Assembly: GCA_964016885.1 (NCBI GenBank) | Contig: OZ024740.1 | Coordinates: 319,052,001-319,116,000 of the forward strand | DNA length: 64,000 bases | Source of the DNA: Eledone cirrhosa | Lineage: Eukaryota | Direction: 5' to 3' | Part shown: positions 11,530 to 27,500 of the stretch, piece after piece | Layout: each line of letters begins with the position of its first letter | Position numbering within the stretch: position 1 is the stretch's first letter | The notes under the pieces: model-generated | The model's database searches: none | What the model was told of the DNA's origin: nothing | The model's input: only the letters and a program-made list of their open reading frames with translations | Translations under genes and position numbers: made by a program

Positions 11530-14140
11530 TACATTCTATCTGACATTCTAACGACTCTACCAATTCGAAGTCTTTCTACTACAATACTCACAACAAATAA
11601 TCCAGGATTGTCTCGTCTATTTCCACAACTTACGTTCTATCTGACATTCTAACGACTCTACCAATTCGATGTGTTTCTACTACAATACTCACAACAAATA
11701 ATCCAGGATTGTCTCCTCTATTTCCACAACTTACATTCTATCTGACATTCTAACGACTCTACCAATTCGATGTTTTTCTACTACAATACTCACAACAAAT
11801 AATCCAGGAATGTCTCGTCTATCTCCAGACCTTACATTCTATCTGACATTCTAACAACTCTACCAGTTTGCTGTATTTCTATTACAATACTAACTTCAAA
11901 TAATCCAGGATTGTCCCGTCTATTTCCACAACTTACATTCTATCTGACATTCAAACGACTCTACCAATTCGAAGTCTTTCCCCTACAATACTAACGTCAA
12001 ATAATCCAGGATTGTCTCCTCTATTTCCACAACTTACATTCTATCTGACATTCTAACGACTCTACCAATTCGAAGTCTTTCTGCTACAATACTCACAACA
12101 AATAATCCAGAATTGTATCGTCTATTTCTACAACTTACATTCTATCTGACATTCTAACGACTCTAACAATTCGAAGTCTTTCTGCTACAATACTCACAAC
12201 AAATCATCCAGGATTGTCTCGTCTATTTCCACAACTTATATTCTATCTGACATTCTAACGACTCTACGAATTCGCTGTCTTTCTACTACAATACTAACTT
12301 TAAATAATCCAGGATTGTCTCGTCTATTTCCACAACTTACATTCTATCTGACATTCTAACGACTCTACCAATTCGATGTGTTTCTACTACAATACACACA
12401 ACAAATAATCCAGGATTGTCTCGTCTATCTCCAGACCTTACATTCTATCTGACATTCTAACGACTCTACCAGTTCGCTGTATTTCTACTACAATACTAAC
12501 TTCAAATAATCCAGGATTGTCTCGTCTATTTCCACAACTTACATTCTATCTGATATTCTAACGACTCTACCCATTTGCTGTATTTCTACTACAATACTAA
12601 CTTCAAATAATCCAGGATTGTCTCGTCTACTTCCACAACTTACATTGTATCTGATATTCTAACCACTCTACCAATTCGAAGACTTTCTACTACAATACTC
12701 ACAACAAATAATCCAGGATTGTCTCGTCTATTTCCACAACTTACATTCTATCTTACATTCAAACGACTCTATCAATTCGAAGTCTTTCTATTACAATACT
12801 AACGTCAAATAATCCAGGATTGTCTCGTCTATTTCCACAACTTACTTTCTATCTGACATTCTAACGACTCTACCAATTCGAAGTCTTTCTACTACAATAC
12901 TAACTTTAAATAATCCAGGATTGACTCCTCTATTTCCACAACTTACATATTATCTGAAATTCTAACAACCCTACCAATTCGATGTCTTTCTACTACAATA
13001 CTCACAACAAATAATCCAGGATTTTATAGTCTATTTCTACAACTTACATTCTATCTGACATTCTAACGACTCTACCAATTCGACGTCTTTCTGCTACAAT
13101 ACTCACAACAAATAATCCAGGATTGTCTCGTCTATTTCCACACCTTACATTCTATCTGACATTCTAACGACTCTACCAATTCGAAGTCTTTCTACTACAA
13201 TACTCACAACAAATAATCCAGGATTGTCTCGTCTATTTCCACAACTTACGTTATATCTGACATTCTAACGACTCTACCAATTCGATGTGTTTCTACTACA
13301 ATACTCACAACAAATAATCCAGGATTGTCTCCTCTATTTCCACAACTTACATTCTATCTGACATTCTAACGACTCTACCAATTCGATGTGTTTCTACTAC
13401 AATACTCACAACAAATAATCCAGGAATGTCTCGTCTATCTCCAGACCTTACATTCTATCTGACATTCTAACGACTCTACCAGTTTGCTGTATTTCTATTA
13501 CAATACTAACTTCAAATAATCCAGGATTGTCCCGTCTATTTCCACAACTTACATTCTATCTGACATTCAAACGACTCTACCAATTCGAAGTCTTTCCCCT
13601 ACAATACTAACGTCAAATAATCCAGGATTGTCTCCTCTATTTCCACAACTTACATTCTATCTGACATTCTAACGACTCTACCAATTCGAAGTCTTTCTGC
13701 TACAATACTCACAACAAATAATCCAGAATTGTATCGTCTATTTCTACAACTTACATTCTATCTGACATTCTAACGACTCTAACAATTCGAAGTCTTTCTG
13801 CTACAATACTCACAACAAATAATCCAGGATTGTCTCGTCTATTTCCACAACTTATATTCTATCTGACATTCTAACGACTCTACGAATTCGCTGTCTTTCT
13901 ACTACAATACTAACTTTAAATAATCCAGGATTGTCTCGTCTATTTCCACAACTTACATTCTATCTGACATTCTAACGACTCTACCAATTCGATGTGTTTC
14001 TACTACAATACACACAACAAATAATCCAGGATTGTCTCGTCTATCTCCAGACCTTACATTCTATCTGACATTATAACGACTCTACCAGTTCGCTGTATTT
14101 CTACTACAATACTAACTTCAAATAATCCAGGATGGTCTCG
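11530..14140. repeat. Block duplication with 16-monomer offset (1616 bp): ~11530-12525 recurs at ~13146-14140
   Basis: TTTCCCCTAC (T following the CCCC run at 11984/13600), CCAGAATTGTATCG, CTTATATTC...ACGAATTC and ATACACACAAC are shared in order. Confidence 0.9.
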
Positions 14141-17100
14141 TCTACTTCCACAACTTACATTGTATCTGATATTCTAACCACTCTACCAATTCGAAGACTT
14201 TCTACTACAATACTCACAACAAATAATCCAGGATTGTCTCGTCTATTTCCACAACTTACATTCTATCTGGCATTCTAATGACTCTACCAATTCGCTGTCT
14301 TTCTACTACAATACTCACAACAAATAATCCATATTGTCTCGTCTATTTCCACAACTTACATTCTATCTTACATTCAAACGACTCTATCAATTCGAAGTCT
14401 TTCTACTACAATACTAACGTCAGATAATCCAGGATTGTCTCGTCTATTTCCACAACTTACTTTCTATCTGACATTCTAACGACTCTACCAATTCGAAGTC
14501 TTTCTACTACAATACTCACAACAAATAATCCAGGATTGTCTCGTCTATTTCCACAACTTACATTCTATCTGACATTCTAACGACTCTAACAATAAGAAGT
14601 CTTTCTACTACAATACTCACAACAAATAATCCAGGATTGTCTCGTCTATTTCCACAACTTACATTCTATCTGACATTCTAACGACTCTACCAATTCGATG
14701 TCTTTCTACTACAATACTCACAACAAATAATCCAGGATTGTATCGTCTATTTCTACAACTTACATTCTATCTGACATTCTAACGACTCTAACAATTCGAA
14801 GTCTTTCTGCTACAATACTAACGTCAAATAATCCAGGATTGTCTCGTCCATTTCCACAACTTACATTCTACCTGACATTCTAACGACTCTACCAATTCGA
14901 AGTCTTTCTACTACAATACTAACTTTAAATAATCCAGGATTGTCTCGTCTATTTCCACAACTTACATTCTATCTGACATTCTAACGACTCTACCAAATCG
15001 ATGTGTTTTTACTACAATGCTCACAACAAATAATCCAGGATTGTCTCGTCTATCTCCAGACCTTACATTCTATCTGACATTCTAACGACTCTACCAGTTG
15101 GCTGTATTTCTACTACAATACTAACTTCAAATAATCCAGGATTGTCTCGTCTATTTCCACAACTTACATTCTATCTGATATTCTAACGACTCTACCCATT
15201 CGCTGTATTTCTACTACAATACTAACTTCAAATAATCCAGGATTGTCTCGTCTACTTCCACAACTTACATTGTATCTGATATTCTAACGACTCTACCAAT
15301 TCGAAGACTTTCTACTACAATACTCACATCAAATAATCCAGGATTGTCTCGTCTATTTCCACAACTTACATTCTATCTGGCATTCTAATGCCTCTACCAA
15401 TTCGCTGTCTTTCTACTACAATACTCACAACAAATAATCCATATTGTCTCGTCTATTTCCACAACTTACATTCTATCTGACATTCAAACGACTCTATCAA
15501 TTCGAAGTCTTTCTACTACAATACTAACGTCAAATAATCCAGGATTGTCTCGTCTATTTCCACAACTTACTTTCTATCTGACATTCTAACGACTCTACCA
15601 ATTCGAAGTCTTTCTACTACAATACTCACAACAAATATTCCAGGATTTTATAGTCTATTTCTACAACTTACATTCTATCTGACATTCTAACGACTCTACC
15701 AATTCGAAGTCTTTCTGCTACAATACTCACAACAAATAATCCAGGATTGTCTCGTCTATTTCCACACCTTACATTCTATCTGACATTCTAACGACTCTAC
15801 CAATTCGAAGTCTTTCTACTACAATACTAACAACAAATAATCTAGGATTGTCTCATCTATCTCCACAACTTACATTTTCTCTGACATTCTAACGACTCTA
15901 CCGAATGGAAGTCTTTCTACTACAATACTCACAACAAATAATCCAGGATTGTCTCGTCTATTTCCACAACTTACATTCTATCTGACATTCTAACGACTCT
16001 ACCAATTCGAAGTCTTTCTACTACAATACTAACTTCAAATAATCCAGGATTGTCTCCTCTATTTCCACAACTTACATTCTATCTCACATTCTAACGAGTC
16101 TACCAATTCGCTGTATTTCTACTACAATACTCACAACAAATAAACCAGGATTGTCTCGTCTATTTCCACAACTTACGTTCTATCTGACATACTAACGACT
16201 CTACCCATTCGCTGTATTTCTACTACAATACTAACTTCAAATAATCCAGGATTGTCTCGTCTACTTTCACAACTTACATTGTATCTGATATTCTAACGAC
16301 TCTACCAATTCGAAGACTTTCTACTACAATACTCACAACAAATAATCCAGGATTGTCTCGTCTATTTCCACAACTTACATTCTATCTGGCATTCTAATGA
16401 CTCTACCAATTCGCTGTCTTTCTACTACAATACTCACAACAAATAATCCATATTGTCTCGTCTATTTCCACAACTTACATTCTATCTGACATTCAAACGA
16501 CTCTATCAATTCGAAGTCTTTCTACTACAATACTAACGTCAAATAATCCAGGATTGTCTCGTCTATTTCCACAACTTACTTTCTATCTGACATTCTAACG
16601 ACTCTACCAATTCGAAGTCTTTCTACTACAATACTCACAACAAATATTCCAGGATTGTCTCGTCTATTTCCACAACTTACATTCTATCTGACATTCTAAC
16701 GACTCTACCAATTCGAAGTCTTTCTACTACAATACTAACTTTAAATAATCCAGGATTGAATCCTCTATTTCCACAACTTACATATTATCTGAAATTCTAA
16801 CAACTCTACCAATTCGATGTCTTTCTACTACAATACTCACAACAAATAATCCAGGATTTTATAGTCTATTTCTACAACTTACATTCTATCTGACATTCTA
16901 ACGACTCTACCAATTCGAAGTCTTTCTGCTACAATACTCACAACAAATAATCCAGCATTGTCTCGTCTATTTCCACAACTCACATTCTATCTGACATTCT
17001 AACGACTCTATCAATTCGAAGTCTTTCTACTACAATACTAACGTCAAATAATCCAGGATCGTCTCGTCTATTTCCACAACTTACATTCTATCTGACATTC

Positions 17101-17279
17101 TAACGACTCTACCAATTCGAAGTCTTTCTACTACAATACTAACAACAAATAATCTAGGATTGTCTCATCTATCTCCACAACTTACATTTTCTCTGACATT
17201 CTAACGACTCTACTAATTCGAAGTCTTTCTACTACAATACTCACAACAAATAATCCAGGATTGTCTCGTCTATTTCCAC

Positions 17280-20141
17280 AACTTACATTCTATCTGACAT
17301 TCTAACGACTCTACCCATTCGCTGTATTTCTACTACAATACTAACTTCAAATAATCCAGGATTGTCTCCTCTATTTCCACAACTTACATTCTATCTCACA
17401 TTCTAACGAGTCTACCAATTCGCTGTATTTCTACTACAATACTCACAACAAATAATCCAGGATTGTCTCGTCTATTTCCACAACTTTCATTCTATCTGAC
17501 ATTCTAACGACTCTACCAATTCGCTGTATTTCTACTACAATACTAACTTCAAATAATCCAGGATTGTATCGGCTATTTCCACAACTTACATTCTATCTGA
17601 CATTCTAACGACTCTACCAATTCGCTGTTTTCTACTACAATACTAACAACAAATAATCTAGGATTGTCTCGTCTATTTCCACAACTTACATTCTATCTCA
17701 TATTCGAACGACTCTACCAATTCGAAGTCTTTCTACTAAAATACTAACAACAAATAATCTAGGATTGTCTCGTCTATTTCCACAACTTACATTCTATCTG
17801 ACATTCTAACGACTCTAACAATTCGAAGTCTTTCTGCTACAATACTAACGTCAAATAATCCAGGATTGTCTCGTCCATTTCCACAACTTACATTCTACCT
17901 GACATTCTAACGACTCTACCAATTCGAAGTCTTTCTACTACAATACTAACATTAAATAATCCAGGATTGTCTCTTCTATTTCCACAACTTACATCCTATC
18001 TGACATTGTAACGACTCTACCAATTCGAAGTCTTTCTACTACAATACTAACTTCAAATAATCCAGGATTGTCTCCTCTATTTCCACAACTTACATTCTAT
18101 CTCACATTCTAACGAGTCTACCAATTCGCTGTATTTCTACTACAATACTCACAACAAATAAACCAGGATTGTCTCGTCTATTTCCACAACTTACGTTCTA
18201 TCTGACATACTAACGACTCTACCCATTCGCTGTATTTCTACTACAATACTAACTTCAAATAATCCAGGATTGTCTCGTCTACTTCCACAACTTACATTGT
18301 ATCTGATATTCTAACGACTCTACCAATTCGAAGACTTTCTACTACAATACTCACAACAAATAATCCAGGATTGTCTCGTCTATTTCCACAACTTACATTC
18401 TATCTGGCATTCTAATGACTCTATCAATTCGAAGTCTTTCTACTACAATACTAACGTCAAATAATCCAGGATTGTCTCGTCTATTTCCACAACTTACTTT
18501 CTATCTGACATTCTAACGACTCTACCAATTCGAAGTCTTTCTACTACAATACTAACTTTAAATAATCCAGGATTGAATCCTCTATTTCCACAACTTACAT
18601 ATTATCTGAAATTCTAACGACTCTTCCAATTCGATGTCTTTCTACTACAATACTCACAACAAATAATCCAGGATTTTATAGTCTATTTCTACAACTTACA
18701 TTCTATCTGACATTCTAACGACTCTACCCATTCGCTGTATTTCTACTACAATACTAACTTCAAATAATCCAGGATTGTCTCCTCTATTTCCACAACTTAC
18801 ATTCTATCTCACATTCTAACGAGTCTACCAATTCGCTGTATTTCTACTACAATACTCACAACAAATAATCCAGGATTGTCTCGTCTATTTCCACAACTTT
18901 CATTCTATCTGACATTCTAACGACTCTACCAATTCGCTGTATTTCTACTACAATACTAACTTCAAATAATCCAGGATTGTATCGGCTATTTCCACAACTT
19001 ACATTCTATCTGACATTCTAACGACTCTACCAATTCGCTGTTTTCTACTACAATACTAACAACAAATAATCTAGGATTGTCTCGTCTATTTCCACAACTT
19101 ACATTCTATCTCATATTCGAACGACTCTACCAATTCGAAGTCTTTCTACTAAAATACTAACAACAAATAATCTAGGATTGTCTCGTCTATTTCCACAACT
19201 TACATTCTATCTGACATTCTAACGACTCTAACAATTCGAAGTCTTTCTGCTACAATACTAACGTCAAATAATCCAGGATTGTCTCGTCCATTTCCACAAC
19301 TTACATTCTACCTGACATTCTAACGACTCTACCAATTCGAAGTCTTTCTACTACAATACTAACATTAAATAATCCAGGATTGTCTCTTCTATTTCCACAA
19401 CTTACATTCTATCTGACATTGTAACGACTCTACCAATTCGAAGTCTTTCTACTACAATACTAACTTCAAATAATCCAGGATTGTCTCCTCTATTTCCACA
19501 ACTTACATTCTATCTCACATTCTAACGAGTCTACCAATTCGCTGTATTTCTACTACAATACTCACAACAAATAAACCAGGATTGTCTCGTCTATTTCCAC
19601 AACTTACGTTCTATCTGACATACTAACGACTCTACCCATTCGCTGTATTTCTACTACAATACTAACTTCAAATAATCCAGGATTGTCTCGTCTACTTCCA
19701 CAACTTACATTGTATCTGATATTATAACGACTCTACCAATTCGAAGACTTTCTACTACAATACTCACAACAAATAATCCAGGATTGTCTCGTCTATTTCC
19801 ACAACTTACATTCTATCTGGCATTCTAATGACTCTATCAATTCGAAGTCTTTCTACTACAATACTAACGTCAAATAATCCAGGATTGTCTCGTCTATTTC
19901 CACAACTTACTTTCTATCTGACATTCTAACGACTCTACCAATTCGAAGTCTTTCTACTACAATACTAACTTTAAATAATCCAGGATTGAATCCTCTATTT
20001 CCACAACTTACATATTATCTGAAATTCTAACGACTCTACCAATTCGATGTCTTTCTACTACAATACTCACAACAAATAATCCAGGATTTTATAGTCTATT
20101 TCTACAACTTACATTCTATCTGACATTCTAACGACTCTACC
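17280..20141. repeat. Tandem duplication of a 14-monomer unit (period 1413 = 14x101-1)
   Basis: 1-bp deletion TTCGCTGTTTTCT at 17621/19034; CTACTAAAATAC at 17737/19150 (T); GACATTGTAAC shared. Confidence 0.93.
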
Positions 20142-23100
20142 AATTCGAAGTCTTTCTACTACAATACTCACAACAAATATTCCAGGATTGTCTCGTCTAT
20201 TTCCACAACTTACATTCTATCTGACATTCTAACGACTCTAACAATTCGAAGTCTTTCTACTACAATACTCACAACAAATAATCCAGGATTGTCTCGTCTA
20301 TTTCCACAACTTACATTCTATCTGACATTCTAAGGACTCTACCAATTCGATGTCTTTCTACTACAATACTCACAACAAATAATCCAGGATTGTATCGTCT
20401 ATTTCTACAACTTACATTCTATCTGACATTCTAACGACTCTAACAATTCGAAGTCTTTCTGCTACAATACTAACGTCAAATAATCCAGGATTGTCTCGTC
20501 CATTTCCACAACTTACATTCTACCTGACATTCTAACGACTCTACCAATTCGAAGTCTTTCTACTACAATACTAACTTTAAATAATCCAGGATTGTCTCGT
20601 CTATTTCCACAACTTACATTCTATCTGATATTCTAACGACTCTACCCATTCGCTGTATTTCTACTACAATACTGACTTCAAATAATCCAGGATTGTCTCG
20701 TCTACTTCCACAACTTACATTGTATCTGATATTCTAACGACTCTACCAATTCGAAGACTTTCTACTACAATACTCACATCAAATAATCCAGGATTGTCTC
20801 GTCTATTTCCACAACTTACATTCTATCTGGCATTCTAATGCCTCTACCAATTCGCTGTCTTTCTACTACAATACTCACAACAAATAATCCATATTGTCTC
20901 GTCTATTTCCACAACTTACATTCTATCTGACATTCAAACGACTCTATCAATTCGAAGTCTTTCTACTACAATACTAACGTCAAATAATCCAGGATTGTCT
21001 CGTCTATTTCCACAACTTACTTTCTATCTGACATTCTAACGACTCTACCAATTCGAAGTCTTTCTACTACAATACTCACAACAAATATTCCAGGATTGTC
21101 TCGTCTATTTACACAACTTACATTCTATCTGACATTCTAACGACTCTACCAATTCGAAGTCTTTCTACTACAATACTAACTTTAAATAATCCAGGATTGA
21201 CTCCTCTATTTCCACAACTTACATATTATCTGAAATTCTAACGACCCTACCAATTCGATGTCTTTCTACTACAATACTCACAACAAATAATCCAGGATTT
21301 TATAGTCTATTTCTACAACTTACATTCTATGTGACATTCTAACGACTCTACCAATTCGAAGTCTTTCTGCTACAATACTCACAACAAATAATCCAGGATT
21401 GTCTCGTCTATTTCCACACCTTACATTCTATCTGACATTCTAACGACTCTACCAATTCGAAGTCTTTCTACTACAATACTAACAACAAATAATCTAGGAT
21501 TGTCTCATCTATCTCCACAACTTACATTTTCTCTGACATTCTAACGACTCTACCAAATGGAAGTCTTTCTACTACAATACTCACAACAAATAATCCAGGA
21601 TTGTCTCGTCTATTTCCACAACTTACATTCTATCTGACATTCTAACGACTCTACCAATTCGAAGTCTTTCTACTACAATACTAACTTCAAATAATCCAGG
21701 ATTGTCTCCTCTATTTCCACAACTTACATTCTATCTCACATTCTAACGAGTCTACCAATTCGCTGTATTTCTACTACAATACTCACAACAAATAAACCAG
21801 GATTGTCTCGTCTATTTCCACAACTTACGTTCTATCTGACATACTAACGACTCTACCCATTCGCTGTATTTCTACTACAATACTAACTTCAAATAATCCA
21901 GGATTGTCTCGTCTACTTCCACAACTTACATTGTATCTGATATTCTAACGACTCTACCAATTCGAAGAATTTCTACTACAATACTCACAACAAATAATCC
22001 AGGATTGTCTCGTCTATTTCCACAACTTACATTCTATCTGGCATTCTAATGACTCTATCAATTCGAAGTCTTTCTACTACAATACTAACGTCAAATAATC
22101 CAGGATTGTCTCGTCTATTTCCACAACTTACTTTCTATCTGACATTCTAACGACTCTACCAATTCGAGTCTTTCTACTACAATACTAACTTTAAATAATC
22201 CAGGATTGAATCCTCTATTTCCACAACTTACATATTATCTGAAATTCTAACGACTCTACCAATTCGATGTCTTTCTACTACAATACTCACAACAAATAAT
22301 CCAGGATTTTATAGTCTATTTCTACAACTTACATTCTATCTGACATTCTAACGACTCTACCAATTCGAAGTCTTTCTACTACAATACTCACAACAAATAA
22401 TCCAGGATTGTCTCGTCTATTTCCACAACTTACATTCTATCTGACATTCTAACGACTCTAACAATTCGAAGTCTTTCTACTACAATACTCACAACAAATA
22501 ATCCAGGATTGTCTCGTCTATTTCCACAACTTACATTCTATCTGACATTCTAAGGACTCTACCAATTCGATGTCTTTCTACTACAATACTCACAACAAAT
22601 AATCCAGGATTGTATCGTCTATTTCTACAACTTACATTCTATCTGACATTCTAACGACTCTAACAATTCGAAGTCTTTCTGCTACAATACTAACGTCAAA
22701 TAATCCAGGATTGTCTCGTCCATTTCCACAACTTACATTCTACCTGACATTCTAACGACTCTACCAATTCGAAGTCTTTCTACTACAATACTAACTTTAA
22801 ATAATCAAGGATTGTCTCGTCTATTTCCACAACTTACATTCTATCTGATATTCTAACGACTCTACCCATTCGCTGTATTTCTACTACAATACTGACTTCA
22901 AATAATCCAGGATTGTCTCGTCTACTTCCACAACTTACATTGTATCTGATATTCTAACGACTCTACCAATTCGAAGACTTTCTACTACAATACTCACATC
23001 AAATAATCCAGGATTGTCTCGTCTATTTCCACAACTTACATTCTATCTGGCATTCTAATGCCTCTACCAATTCGCTGTCTTTCTACTACAATACTCACAA

Positions 23101-24151
23101 CAAATAATCCATATTGTCTCGTCTATTTCCACAACTTACATTCTATCTGACATTCAAACGACTCTATCAATTCGAAGTCTTTCTACTACAATACTAACGT
23201 CAAATAATCCAGGATTGTCTCGTCTATTTCCACAACTTACTTTCTATCTGACATTCTAACGACTCTACCAATTCGAAGTCTTTCTACTACAATACTCACA
23301 ACAAATATTCCAGGATTGTCTCGTCTATTTACACAACTTACATTCTATCTGACATTCTAACGACTCTACCAATTCGAAGTCTTTCTACTACAATACTAAC
23401 TTTAAATAATCCAGGATTGACTCCTCTATTTCCACAACTTACATATTATCTGAAATTCTAACGACCCTACCAATTCGATGTCTTTCTACTACAATACTCA
23501 CAACAAATAATCCAGGATTTTATAGTCTATTTCTACAACTTACATTCTATGTGACATTCTAACGACTCTACCAATTCGAAGTCTTTCTGCTACAATACTC
23601 ACAACAAATAATCCAGGATTGTCTCGTCTATTTCCACACCTTACATTCTATCTGACATTCTAACGACTCTACCAATTCGAAGTCTTTCTACTACAATACT
23701 AACAACAAATAATCTAGGATTGTCTCATCTATCTCCACAACTTACATTTTCTCTGACATTCTAACGACTCTACCAAATGGAAGTCTTTCTACTACAATAC
23801 TCACAACAAATAATCCAGGATTGTCTCGTCTATTTCCACAACTTACATTCTATCTGACATTCTAACGACTCTACCAATTCGAAGTCTTTCTACTACAATA
23901 CTAACTTCAAATAATCCAGGATTGTCTCCTCTATTTCCACAACTTACATTCTATCTCACATTCTAACGAGTCTACCAATTCGCTGTATTTCTACTACAAT
24001 ACTCACAACAAATAAACCAGGATTGTCTCGTCTATTTCCACAACTTACGTTCTATCTGACATACTAACGACTCTACCCATTCGCTGTATTTCTACTACAA
24101 TACTAACTTCAAATAATCCAGGATTGTCTCGTCTACTTCCACAACTTACAT
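19422..24151. repeat. Tandem duplication of a 22-monomer unit (period 2220-2221), about 2.1 copies
   Basis: TAAGGACTCT at 20331/22551; ACTGACTTC, CACATCAAAT, AATGCCTC, TTTACACAAC, GACCCTAC, ATGTGAC and CAAATGGAAG repeat at +2220. Confidence 0.95.
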
Positions 24152-24589
24152 ATTATCTGAAATTCTAACGACTCTACCAATTCGATGTCTTTCTACTACA
24201 ATACTCACAACGAATAATCCAGGATTTTATAGTCTATTTCTACAACTTACATTCTATCTGACATTCTAACGACTCTACCAATTCGAAGTCTTTCTGCTAC
24301 AATACTCACAACAAATAAACCAGCATTGTCTCGTCTATTTCCACAACTCACATTCTATCTGACATTCTAACGACTCTATCAATTCGAAGTCTTTCTACTA
24401 CAATACTAACGTCAAATAATCCAGGATTGTATCGTCTATTTCCACAACTTACATTCTATCTGACATTCTAACGACTCTACCAATTCGAAGTCTTTCTACT
24501 ACAATACTAACAACAAATAATCTAGGATTGTCTCATCTATCTCCACAACTTACATTTTCTCTGACATTCTAACGACTCTACCAATTCGC

Positions 24590-27500
24590 TGTATTTCTAC
24601 TACAATACTCACAACAAATAATCCAGGATTGTCTCGTCTATTTCCACAACTTTCATTCTATCTGACATACTAACGACTCTACCAATTCGCTGTATTTCTA
24701 CTACAATACTAACTTCAAATAATCCAGGATTGTATCGGCTATTTCCACAACTTACATTCTATCTGACATTCTAACGACTCTACAAATTCGCTGTCTTTCT
24801 ACTACAATACTAACAACAAATAATCTAGGATTGTCTCGTCTATTTCCACAACTTACATTCTATCTCATATTCGAACGACTCTACCAATTCGAAGTCTTTC
24901 TACTAAAATACTAACAACAAATAATCTAGGATTGTCTCGTCTATTTCCACAACTTACATTCTATCTGACATTCTAACGACTCTAACAATTCGAAGTCTTT
25001 CTGCTACAATACTAACGTCAAATAATCCAGGATTGTCTCGTCCATTTCCACAACTTACATTCTACCTGACATTCTAACGACTCTACCAATTCGAAGTCTT
25101 TCTACTACAATATTAACATTAAATAATCCAGGATTGTCTCTTCTATTTCCACAACTTACATTCTATCTGACATTCTAACGACTCTACCAATTCGAAGTCT
25201 TTCTACTACAATACTAACTTCAAATAATCCAGGATTGTCTCCTCTATTTCCACAACTTACATTCTATCTCACATTCTAACGAGTCTACCAATTCGCTGTA
25301 TTTCTACTACAATACTCACAACAAATAAACCAGGATTGTCTCGTCTATTTCCACAACTTACGTTCTATCTGACATACTAACGACTCTACCCATTCGCTGT
25401 ATTTCTACTACAATACTAACTTCAAATAATCCAGGATTGTCTCCTCTATTTCCACAACTTACATTCTATCTCACATTCTAACGAGTCTACCAATTCGCTG
25501 TATTTCTACTACAATACTCACAACAAATAATCCAGGATTGTCTCGTCTATTTCCACAACTTTCATTCTATCTGACATACTAACGACTCTACCAATTCGCT
25601 GTATTTCTACTACAATACTAACTTCAAATAATCCAGGATTGTATCGGCTATTTCCACAACTTACATTCTATCTGACATTCTAACGACTCTACCAATTCGC
25701 TGTCTTTCTACTACAATACTAACAACAAATAATCTAGGATTGTCTCGTCTATTTCCACAACTTACATTCTATCTCATATTCGAACGACTCTACCAATTCG
25801 AAGTCTTTCTACTAAAATACTAACAACAAATAATCTAGGATTGTCTCGTCTATTTCCACAACTTACATTCTATCTGACATTCTAACGACTCTAACAATTC
25901 GAAGTCTTTCTGCTACAATACTAACGTCAAATAATCCAGGATTGTCTCGTCCATTTCCACAACTTACATTCTACCTGACATTCTAACGACTCTACCAATT
26001 CGAAGTCTTTCTACTACAATACTAACATTAAATAATCCAGGATTGTCTCTTCTATTTCCACAACTTACATTCTATCTGACATTCTAACGACTCTACCAAT
26101 TCGAAGTCTTTCTACTACAATACTAACTTCAAATAATCCAGGATTGTCTCCTCTATTTCCACAACTTACATTCTATCTCACATTCTAACGAGTCTACCAA
26201 TTCGCTGTATTTCTACTACAATACTCACAACAAATAAACCAGGATTGTCTCGTCTATTTCCACAACTTACGTTCTATCTGACATACTAACGACTCTACCC
26301 ATTCGCTGTATTTCTACTACAATACTAACTTCAAATAATCCAGGATTGTCTCGTCTACTTCCACAACTTACATTGTATCTGATATTCTAACGACTCTACC
26401 AATTCGAAGACTTTCTACTACAATACTCACAACAAATAATCCAGGATTGTCTCGTCTATTTCCACAACTTACATTCTATCTGGCATTCTAATGACTCTAC
26501 CAATTCGCTGTCTTTCTACTACAATACTCACAACAAATAATCCATATTGTCTCGTCTATTTCCACAACTTACATTCTATCTGACATTCAAACGACTCTAT
26601 CAATTCGAAGTCTTTCTACTACAATACTAACGTCAAATAATCCAGGATCGTCTCGTCTATTTCCACAACTTACATTCTATCTGACATTCTAACGACTCTA
26701 CCAATTCGAAGTCTTTCTACTACAATACTAACAACAAATAATCTAGGATTGTCTCATCTATCTCCACAACTTACATTTTCTCTGACATTCTAACGACTCT
26801 ACCAATTCGAAGTCTTTCTACTACAATACTCACAACAAATAATCCAGGATTGTCTCGTCTATTTCCACAACTTACATTCTATCTGACATTCTAACGACTC
26901 TACCCATTCGCTGTATTTCTACTACAATACTAACTTCAAATAATCCAGGATTGTCTCCTCTATTTCCACAACTTACATTCTATCTCACATTCTAACGAGT
27001 CTACCAATTCGCTGTATTTCTACTACAATACTCACAACAAATAATCCAGGATTGTCTCGTCTATTTCCACAACTTTCATTCTATCTGACATACTAACGAC
27101 TCTACCAATTCGCTGTATTTCTACTACAATACTAACTTCAAATAATCCAGGATTGTATCGGCTATTTCCACAACTTACATTCTATCTGACATTCTAACGA
27201 CTCTACCAATTCGCTGTCTTTCTACTACAATACTAACAACAAATAATCTAGGATTGTCTCGTCTATTTCCACAACTTACATTCTATCTCATATTCGAACG
27301 ACTCTACCAATTCGAAGTCTTTCTACTAAAATACTAACAACAAATAATCTAGGATTGTCTCGTCTATTTCCACAACTTACATTCTATCTGACATTCTAAC
27401 GACTCTAACAATTCGAAGTCTTTCTGCTACAATACTAACGTCAAATAATCCAGGATTGTCTCGTCCATTTCCACAACTTACATTCTACCTGACATTCTAA

